Shown: piece by piece, positions 57,436-64,000 of the stretch
Position numbering within the stretch: the stretch's first letter is position 1
How the letters are laid out: each line of letters starts with the position of its first letter
Sequence record: NC_020077.1
Reading direction: 5' to 3' (one strand)
Length of the DNA stretch: 64,000 bases
Program-made: the position numbers and the translations under genes
The notes under the pieces: model-generated
Told to the model about the DNA's origin: nothing
Databases searched by the model: none
What the model saw: only the letters and a program-made list of their open reading frames with translations

Positions 57436-57786
57436 TTATTGTGAAGAAGTTTGAGAAGGTTTTTCTATTACCTCCTTGTAAAAAACATTTAACCACTTGT
57501 CTACATAAAGTGCTATAGCTGTTTTTATGATGATGGCTGGCGTAACGTTTCTCCTCTTTGCTAGCTCTTCTATTGCTTCGACCAGATTGCGATCTAATTT
57601 CATAACCTTTATATGCCTTTTTCCTGGCTTAATGTAATACTTGTCGATTGGGTTTTGCAGGTACTCTATCAATGCCTCATTTATTAGCTGTGCCTGATCC
57701 TTCTTAAGAAAGTTTGACACTTTTTGGAGGCTGTCAAATAGGTGATTATCTAAGGGAAATCTAACTTGAACTCTCTGCCCTGCCAT
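57436..57786 (-). CDS. Two-RHH protein
   Basis: VQVRFPLDNHLFDSL ... LINEALIEYL and IKVMKLDRNLVEAI ... IIKTAIALYV. Confidence 0.8.
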   Translation of the reverse strand: MAGQRVQVRFPLDNHLFDSLQKVSNFLKKDQAQLINEALIEYLQNPIDKYYIKPGKRHIKVMKLDRNLVEAIEELAKRRNVTPAIIIKTAIALYVDKWLNVFYKEVIEKPSQTSSQ

Positions 57787-57838
57787 ACGTTTTTGCTCTT
57801 CATTCTAGTATTTAAATCTTTCTGACCTAATGAAGATA

Positions 57839-58390
57839 CTACGAATTTACGATACGCGCTAAGTAATCTTCCGCCTCCTTCGTTTGAACATAAGTCAGAA
57901 TGTGGCGCAAGCTCTTATGCCCAGTTATTTTTGCAACCACTTCAGCCGGTAATCCATCTTTTATTGCTTTTGTTATAAAAGCATAACGGAAAGAATGCGT
58001 ATTTACACCATAACGCCTTTTACAAAACATCTTAACTGCTGCAATCATTTTCCTTTCACTTTTTGTAAGGATGATGGAATAATACTTTTTGTAAGTGATT
58101 ATTTTGGGGATGATGATTTTTCTTTCATTCCCGCCTTTTTCAGCCTTTAAGATGATTGTTCTTTCTTTGCCACCAACCTCTACAAATTGGTAGAAAGCCT
58201 TAACTGCTTCGCCTATTCGTGTACCATTTGTAAGTTGTGTAAGTAAAATTGCAACGTAAATCTCTTTGTCAAAATCTTCAGCGGAGTTTTGCGAGAATTG
58301 CTTATAGTCTTTTTCTAAGGTTTTTCTCATCTTGTCAAAGTCAACTCCCTTGTCCCACTTGAATATTGTCTTCCCTTCTTCTATTGCCAC
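57839..58390 (-). CDS. Tyrosine recombinase, catalytic domain only
   Basis: GTRIGEA (R), KGG, HSFR (HxxR), TGH, LTY (catalytic Tyr); 183 aa. Confidence 0.92.
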   Translation of the reverse strand: MAIEEGKTIFKWDKGVDFDKMRKTLEKDYKQFSQNSAEDFDKEIYVAILLTQLTNGTRIGEAVKAFYQFVEVGGKERTIILKAEKGGNERKIIIPKIITYKKYYSIILTKSERKMIAAVKMFCKRRYGVNTHSFRYAFITKAIKDGLPAEVVAKITGHKSLRHILTYVQTKEAEDYLARIVNS

Positions 58391-58534
58391 ACTTTCATTT
58401 TAGATTAAGCAGTTAAAAATATTCTTTCTGTAAAATTGGAGAAGTAAAGGGAACTAAAAGAGGTCAAAAGTAACGTGTTTATGACGTTGCTGATTATAGA
58501 AAGTTTTAAATATTAGAAAAACAGAACCTAAAAT

Positions 58535-58687
58535 ATGCCATTCAAATGTCCGGTCTGCGGTGAATTCGGAACGCTATATGTTAAAAAAGTAGAAAAAAGA
58601 AGATGCCATTATTATATAAATCATTATAATAAAAAGCACTGCTACATAGGGCCAGTAAATGATTGTAGTGGTTTTGTAGAGATTTAG
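58535..58687 (+). CDS. 50-aa zinc-finger mini-paralog of ORF58870 (missed by the ORF track)
   Basis: MPFKCPVCGEFGTLYVKKVEKRRCHYYINHYNKKHCYIGPVNDCSGFVEI*; own promoter at 58497. Confidence 0.65.
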   Translation: MPFKCPVCGEFGTLYVKKVEKRRCHYYINHYNKKHCYIGPVNDCSGFVEI

Positions 58688-58869
58688 AGAAGCATTCATA
58701 ACTTATGTATACATAAGTAAGGTAAATCTTTTTTTTCCAAAATTACCGCTCTTATCTTCTTTCTATAAAATTGTAGAAACAAAGGGCAGTGAAAGACGTA
58801 AAAAATGACGAGTTCATAACGTTAGTGATTATAGAAAGTTTTAAATACAAGAAAAACAGATCCTAACAT

Positions 58870-59310
58870 ATGTCAACCAAATGCCCAATTTGTGGTGAAA
58901 ATGGAACCCTATACATCAAAAAGTCAGGAAAAAGAAAATATTATTATATAAACCATAATAATAAAAAGCACTGCTACCTAGGGCCGGTAGATGAGTATGT
59001 ACATGTCGTAATGAATTATTTAAAAGTTTTTGGCAAACTCCATTTAACAAATGTGAGAGATGCTGATCTAATTGCTGTAATGATGGAGATACTCGATGTA
59101 CTTGAAGAGAGATATAAGGGATCAAAAGACTTGAAACTGAAGGCAGATCTAAGGATGATAAGGGACAGGATAGGCAAGATACTAGAGGAAAGCGATACTC
59201 AAGCTGGCCAAGATGAGAAGCAAGAACAAAAAGTAGTGGAAATAATAGAAGGAGATGGCAAAGATGGGAAAGTAGAAAAACCAGTGGAAATAGAGGTACA
59301 ACATCTTTAA
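58870..59310 (+). CDS. Zinc-finger (CPICG ... H ... HC) protein with helical C-terminus
   Basis: KCPICGENGTLYIKKSGKRKYYYINHNNKKHCYLGP; promoter at 58832. Confidence 0.8.
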   Translation: MSTKCPICGENGTLYIKKSGKRKYYYINHNNKKHCYLGPVDEYVHVVMNYLKVFGKLHLTNVRDADLIAVMMEILDVLEERYKGSKDLKLKADLRMIRDRIGKILEESDTQAGQDEKQEQKVVEIIEGDGKDGKVEKPVEIEVQHL

Positions 59311-59337
59311 ATTATCTTTCTTTTTCTTTTATTTAAT

Positions 59338-59766
59338 ATGTATAATGAAGTTTTGCTTAGATTTGTTGAAGATCTCGGCGATGCGCTTGACATGTACGAT
59401 ATAAGCGCGCGCAAAATAGCCCCTCACATTGGGCCTTTCGTCTTAAATGAACTGAAAAGAACGATAAGAGAGTACTTGAACACAACTGATATCATAAATT
59501 ATGTTGATTTAAGGCAACTCAACGAGGCAAAAAATGCTAAAGCGCTGCTAATGGCCTTTATACAGGTTTTGGATGTTGGTTTGGCGAAAAGCTATCAATT
59601 TGCTGGATTTGGCTATCAAACTACACTGGCTAGAACGCAAGCAATAATGACAATAATAAAAAACATCGTGCTTGAAGTTTCAAAAGATTTGGGACTTCCG
59701 GAAATTGAAGAAAAATTGAATGCACTAGAAAAGATACAATTGCAAAGCGGTAATGCTACTTCTTAG
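59338..59766 (+). CDS. Hypothetical protein
   Basis: 142-aa ORF. Confidence 0.7.
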   Translation: MYNEVLLRFVEDLGDALDMYDISARKIAPHIGPFVLNELKRTIREYLNTTDIINYVDLRQLNEAKNAKALLMAFIQVLDVGLAKSYQFAGFGYQTTLARTQAIMTIIKNIVLEVSKDLGLPEIEEKLNALEKIQLQSGNATS

Positions 59767-60101
59767 CTTATCCTCTGTATCAATCTCGCGAGCAATACGA
59801 TAGTGCTTATGCCCATGAAGACGATATATATTGCGTTAAGCGTATCTGCATAACCTACTGTTACGTAAACTGTTGTATTCGTTGCGGAAGTTGTCATATT
59901 AATGCCAGGCGTTGAAAGGATATATTGATCTGAAGAAAGATACAAAATTGTGGCGTAAATCATACCTAATACTATCAAAACGTCATAGCGAAAACTACCG
60001 CTAAAACGATAAAGCATAAAGCCAGTGATTGCTATAAAAATGCTGACTATAACAATAAATATTATGTATTGCGTAAGTGTTGGAAGGACTACATAACCCA
60101 T
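59763..60101 (-). CDS. Small multi-TM protein
   Basis: 112 aa, about 3 hydrophobic helices. Confidence 0.7.
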   Translation of the reverse strand: MGYVVLPTLTQYIIFIVIVSIFIAITGFMLYRFSGSFRYDVLIVLGMIYATILYLSSDQYILSTPGINMTTSATNTTVYVTVGYADTLNAIYIVFMGISTIVLLARLIQRIS

Positions 60102-60363
60102 TTTGGGTCACTATCAAAGAAAGGAAAAAAATAGATCAGCTTAAGCGTGATTTAATAACTTCTGCAGAGCTTTGTCTTCTTCCTCTTCTTCCCTTTTCTC
60201 TTTCTCTGTCTCTTCTTGGTTATCAAGTACTCTCTTATGCTCCTTCTTCATTTTTTCGAGGACTTCCTTATAACTGCTCATCTCATTAGTAATCTCTTTA
60301 TACACATTTTTAAACTTTTGCTTGGTGCGAAAGGTTTAAAATAAAAAGATAGAAAAAATAAAA

Positions 60364-60789
60364 ATGATGACAACGATCAATGTATTTCAACTACATGGAT
60401 TAAAGACAAGGCTATACTACGAGGCCTTTGCCGCTGGAATGCAATCAATAATAAATGAGTTTTACAAAAAAGGTATCTCACCTATTCAAATTAGCGATGA
60501 ATACGTTCTTGATAACAACTACTTCGATCAACAAGTTACATTTGGTGATGATGGTACATTTAAGATAATAAGTACAATAAGGCATTACGGCCTAAATAGT
60601 AAAAAAGAAATCTTGATTGATTTTGTCTATACGCAGAGTGTGGATAAAAAGACAATGCAAATAAAGGCAAGGATTGATGATGACATACTTGCTGGCCCAG
60701 AGATTGATTATCAAAAATACCTAGAGATCTATTACGATGTGGTAGATAAGCTGGCCTCTGAGCTTGACTCTAAACTTGAAAAGGAATAA
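60364..60789 (+). CDS. Hypothetical protein
   Basis: 141-aa ORF; TTTAAAAT promoter. Confidence 0.7.
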   Translation: MMTTINVFQLHGLKTRLYYEAFAAGMQSIINEFYKKGISPIQISDEYVLDNNYFDQQVTFGDDGTFKIISTIRHYGLNSKKEILIDFVYTQSVDKKTMQIKARIDDDILAGPEIDYQKYLEIYYDVVDKLASELDSKLEKE

Positions 60790-60836
60790 TTTTTTCGAAC
60801 TTGTGAAACTGCTTAACGCTTTATTTTTTACGTCAT

Positions 60837-60876
60837 AAGTTCGAAGTTCCTGTATATAGCAGAAGTTCGAAGTTCG
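60837..60876 (-). repeat. 40-bp dispersed element, copy 3 (inverted)
   Basis: Minus strand CGAACTTCGAACTTCTGCTATATACAGGAACTTCGAACTT, 37/40 identical to copy 1. Confidence 0.9.
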
Positions 60877-60932
60877 AAAGTGAAAGTAGATGAGGAAAAA
60901 CCTTTGGTAAATTTACAGAAGTCATGACAAAT

Positions 60933-62171
60933 CTATCTAACCTTTTTCAACACCACCAGATGCTCGGTTTTGATTCTACTATCTTCTAGCCCAGTGGCCG
61001 GATTTACATCTGCTTCGAACATTACGCGAGAAACTATTTTATCAACATAGGTAACTTCATGTTTCCAACCAAACTCTCTTAGGTGCTCAGCAATTATATC
61101 ATCTATTTGAATAGGTACATTTCGTATCTTAGCTGGGCCAACAAAGATGAACATGTAATCTGCCACTCTTTCACCTAACGTAGCGAATACCTGCAAAATT
61201 GCATTAAAGTAATTGTCATAAAGTGCCCTAAGATGGTTTTCCTCTATTTTTTCTCTGAGGGTGTAATACGTTTCTGAAAAAATGTTTGTGCTTCTTACTT
61301 GTCTATAAGGAATCTCTCTTTTGCTCAGTGATTGTATGTACTGCTCATCATAGCCCAACCAAAATAGCTCAAGTTTAGTAGACCTAATATACTCTTGTGC
61401 TTGCAAGTAAGGTGGAGACGTGATAAGGACATTAACTTCTTTATCTAGCTTGGTTTCCAACGTGTCAATACCGGCTTTTAACTCATACTCCACTGCTTTT
61501 GGATTAAGATGATTGTACTCTTCTATTTTTGTAATAAGCGTAAGTATCTCATTCTTTAACATGTTATAAAATTTGGCTTTCCAATTTGTTTTAAGAAGTT
61601 CTTCTACCTTTTGTTTAGAGTACTTTGACTTAAATAGTTTGTGTACTTTTTCATCGCTGTACGAAAAATATCGCGTAACCTTGAGTAACGGTATTAATAG
61701 TAAGTATTTTGTATCATCTGTCAGTGAGTGTACAAAACCCCATGCATTTGAAAGAAAAGTTAGAAACTCCTCCGGGAACCAATAGTTTAAGTTAGACCAC
61801 TTGGGGAGGAATTCCTCTCGTGAGTTCATCAAATCTTTCATTATCTTTTCAACATCTATCTCTGCTCTTGACATGATAGCTGTATTATGAGTCACGTTTA
61901 TTATTGGATTTAATTCCCACAATATATAACTATAGCCATACACTCTTGCCACTACACCAACTGTGCCGTAGCCAGCAAAAGGGTCAAAGACCGTCATGTC
62001 TGGCTTACAATAAGCCTTTAGCGCGTAGGCAACAACTTGCGGAATGAATTTAGCAGGGTAACGATAGATAGCAAATGTGGCATATGTAGTTGTTGGAATT
62101 TCCGGGATCATGTTCCTAAAAACTACGGGAACCCTTTGAGACCCTTCAGACGATACCGTCATAATTATCAT
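60933..62171 (-). CDS. Amino-DNA methyltransferase, probably N4-cytosine
   Basis: YRYPAKF, motif I DPFAGYGT, motif IV ITSPPY. Confidence 0.88.
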   Translation of the reverse strand: MIIMTVSSEGSQRVPVVFRNMIPEIPTTTYATFAIYRYPAKFIPQVVAYALKAYCKPDMTVFDPFAGYGTVGVVARVYGYSYILWELNPIINVTHNTAIMSRAEIDVEKIMKDLMNSREEFLPKWSNLNYWFPEEFLTFLSNAWGFVHSLTDDTKYLLLIPLLKVTRYFSYSDEKVHKLFKSKYSKQKVEELLKTNWKAKFYNMLKNEILTLITKIEEYNHLNPKAVEYELKAGIDTLETKLDKEVNVLITSPPYLQAQEYIRSTKLELFWLGYDEQYIQSLSKREIPYRQVRSTNIFSETYYTLREKIEENHLRALYDNYFNAILQVFATLGERVADYMFIFVGPAKIRNVPIQIDDIIAEHLREFGWKHEVTYVDKIVSRVMFEADVNPATGLEDSRIKTEHLVVLKKVR

Positions 62172-62183
62172 TTAATGAAATCT

Positions 62184-62567
62184 TTATTGGGATCTTATTA
62201 CCTTTATTACTTTTTCATTTTCATCATAGATAAATTTAGTAATATCTCCAGGCCTTACTCGAAAATGTATTAATAATTTTGCGGGTATCTTCAACCTATA
62301 ATTTATGGAAACTATGGCAAAATCTTCAAACTCGAGTTGTAGTGGATTTTCTGCATTCTGTGAATCAACAGGCAACATCCTAGTTGGTGAGACTCTAGTA
62401 TATGCTTTAACTAACCTTAGCATTGGTTCATTGCCATTTTTGACAACGCTCACTCTCATAATGTCGCCTAAAGCTATCGGGTAAACCTTCCTTATTGCTA
62501 TTGGTATCGTTACTACGTAATTCGTAGTAACTTTTGAATACGATTCGACTACCATTTTTTCCACCAT
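62184..62567 (-). CDS. Tandem AbrB/SpoVT-type DNA-binding protein
   Basis: KVTTNYVVTIPIAIRKVYPIALGD and IVSINYRLKIPAKLLIHFRVRPGD. Confidence 0.75.
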   Translation of the reverse strand: MVEKMVVESYSKVTTNYVVTIPIAIRKVYPIALGDIMRVSVVKNGNEPMLRLVKAYTRVSPTRMLPVDSQNAENPLQLEFEDFAIVSINYRLKIPAKLLIHFRVRPGDITKFIYDENEKVIKVIRSQ

Positions 62568-62653
62568 TCCTTCACATTACGTTTTTTGTAATTTACCAAT
62601 ATATAAATCTTTCTATAATAGTGATGAAAACAAACTTCGGAAAAATGAACTAC

Positions 62654-63646
62654 TTAACCAAAAACCTTCCTAAAAACTTCTTCGTGTTCTCTTATCACTC
62701 TTTCTATCCTGAAATAGTCCGGCAATGTAACTCTAATCTCTTGAGCCTCCTTTATTTTCTCTACTGCTTCTTCATCGCTGCTGTAGAAGAACATCTTCAA
62801 ATGTTTGCCAAGTTCTTTATGCACTGGAATATCTGTCACAACCGCTGGGAGGCCATGTGCTGCTGCTTCAGCTAGTGGTAATTCAAACCCCTCTTCTTGT
62901 GATGTACTAAGATAAACGTCACTCCCAGCATAAAGGAGTGAAAGTTCGGCGTCTGAAATAGTTCCTATGCTTTTATCGCCGTAAATATTTCCTTTCCCTA
63001 CTGTAATGAGATAATAATCATCACCTAGTTTTTCCCTTATTCGCTTCAATCGTGGTAAGTCTTTCCGCGGATGATAGTTTGTAACGTTGAGTATTATCTT
63101 TTTATTGGGCGGGATGCCATACATTTCTCTTACTTTGCGTACTGCCTCTTCACGTGTATAAGCAATGTTAAGGTAATTCCCGTGGTGAATAACCCTAATA
63201 GGAGGTAAATCGAGGCCTTTCTTATCCGCATATTGTTCTAACTCTGATAATGTATGATAAGTTGGAACAATAACGTATGCAGCCTCTGTGAGATGTTTAA
63301 GCATGAAGTACATGTATGGCGTGTAGGTGTAGTGTTTCCATTTTAAGAAAACTAAATCTTGTAGTCCCGTAACTATTGTCTTATGTTTAGCGTGATTCAA
63401 GAAATCGATGTTTGGAAAAAACACGTTTTGTTCTGGAACAAATTTACAGAAGATGTCGTAGAAAAACGCGTCGATTATAATATTTAGCCTATTTCTGAAA
63501 ACGTTTATTACCTTATCATAACCAGAGGGTGCTTCAGTGTTAACTCGGATAAAATAGAACTTAGAATTAAGGCCAAAGGCAATAACTGCTGCGTATCGAC
63601 CTAGGCCAGTGTATGGCGGAGATCGCGTAACAGTAGCGAAATTCAC
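62654..63646 (-). CDS. GT4-family (GT-B) glycosyltransferase
   Basis: HPRKD, and SQEEGFELPLAEAAAHGLPAVVTDIP (EX7E motif). Confidence 0.92.
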   Translation of the reverse strand: MNFATVTRSPPYTGLGRYAAVIAFGLNSKFYFIRVNTEAPSGYDKVINVFRNRLNIIIDAFFYDIFCKFVPEQNVFFPNIDFLNHAKHKTIVTGLQDLVFLKWKHYTYTPYMYFMLKHLTEAAYVIVPTYHTLSELEQYADKKGLDLPPIRVIHHGNYLNIAYTREEAVRKVREMYGIPPNKKIILNVTNYHPRKDLPRLKRIREKLGDDYYLITVGKGNIYGDKSIGTISDAELSLLYAGSDVYLSTSQEEGFELPLAEAAAHGLPAVVTDIPVHKELGKHLKMFFYSSDEEAVEKIKEAQEIRVTLPDYFRIERVIREHEEVFRKVFG

Positions 63647-63685
63647 AAAAAAACTTTTACCTTTACGGAATTATAAAGATTATTG

Positions 63686-64000
63686 TTAAAGTAAACTCTT
63701 TAGAGTGAGAACGCCATTATTCCCTACAACGTTGTAATAGCCAAACGCTTCAACAGTATTATTAGTAACACCAAGAATCTTAGCGTTTATTGCCGTATAT
63801 ATACCAGGTATTAAGAATAGTTTAGTTGTACCATTTACGCTAAATGATGGTGGCTTAAACAGAACTGGAGGGCCAGTATAGTTGTACTTCATCACAACAA
63901 ACCAGTAGTAAACTGCATAAATTCCATACCCATTCTTGTAAAATAGGTTAAGCACCGCAATTGATTGATTATTGAAGTTACTCGTTATGTCAATGACAAT
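63686..64000 (-). CDS. 3' end of a beta-rich surface-type protein, truncated by the window edge
   Basis: Frame stays open to 64000 (IVIDITSNFNNQSIAVLNLFYKNG...). Confidence 0.65.
   Translation of the reverse strand: MVIDITSNFNNQSIAVLNLFYKNGYGIYAVYYWFVVMKYNYTGPPVLFKPPSFSVNGTTKLFLIPGIYTAINAKILGVTNNTVEAFGYYNVVGNNGVLTLKSLL

Noticed and set aside
63985-64000. Another copy of the ATGACAAT palindrome core at the window end
   Set aside because: It lies within an open minus-strand reading frame and the flanks cannot be seen; probably coincidental.

Overview
This window is most of the genome of a large spindle-shaped (Bicaudaviridae-like, STSV1/STSV2-type) virus of Sulfolobales. The assignment rests on recalled family resemblance, not a database search: an ATV p131/p145-like structural protein (40639), a 529-aa AAA ATPase, a ParB-like protein, a 2355-aa giant protein, ThyX, Dcd, a tyrosine recombinase and archaeal TATA/BRE promoters. 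Layout: 1-1.1 kb very AT-rich non-coding DNA; 1.1-9.6 kb tandem expression cassettes sharing a palindromic operator, a TATA box and a hairpin-forming N-terminal leader, but carrying different cargo ORFs; 9.6-15.9 kb DNA modification and nucleotide genes (DUF1156 adenine methylase, thyX, DpdA-like transglycosylase, ArcS-like DUF5591 protein); 16-24.6 kb eight poly-ribbon-helix-helix (RHH) proteins with about 35 RHH units; then a flippase, dcd, structural and membrane genes, a solo TnpB, a repeat-built adhesin, a recombinase, an N4-cytosine-type methylase and a GT4 glycosyltransferase. Best leads: (1) the shuffled single-chain poly-RHH array with variable recognition strands; (2) the early cassette array; (3) DpdA plus DUF5591, implying 7-deazaguanine DNA modification; (4) two families of dispersed intergenic elements, including a 40-bp element present three times regardless of gene orientation. 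No CRISPR array, tRNA, rRNA or DNA polymerase was seen. All alignments were done by eye.
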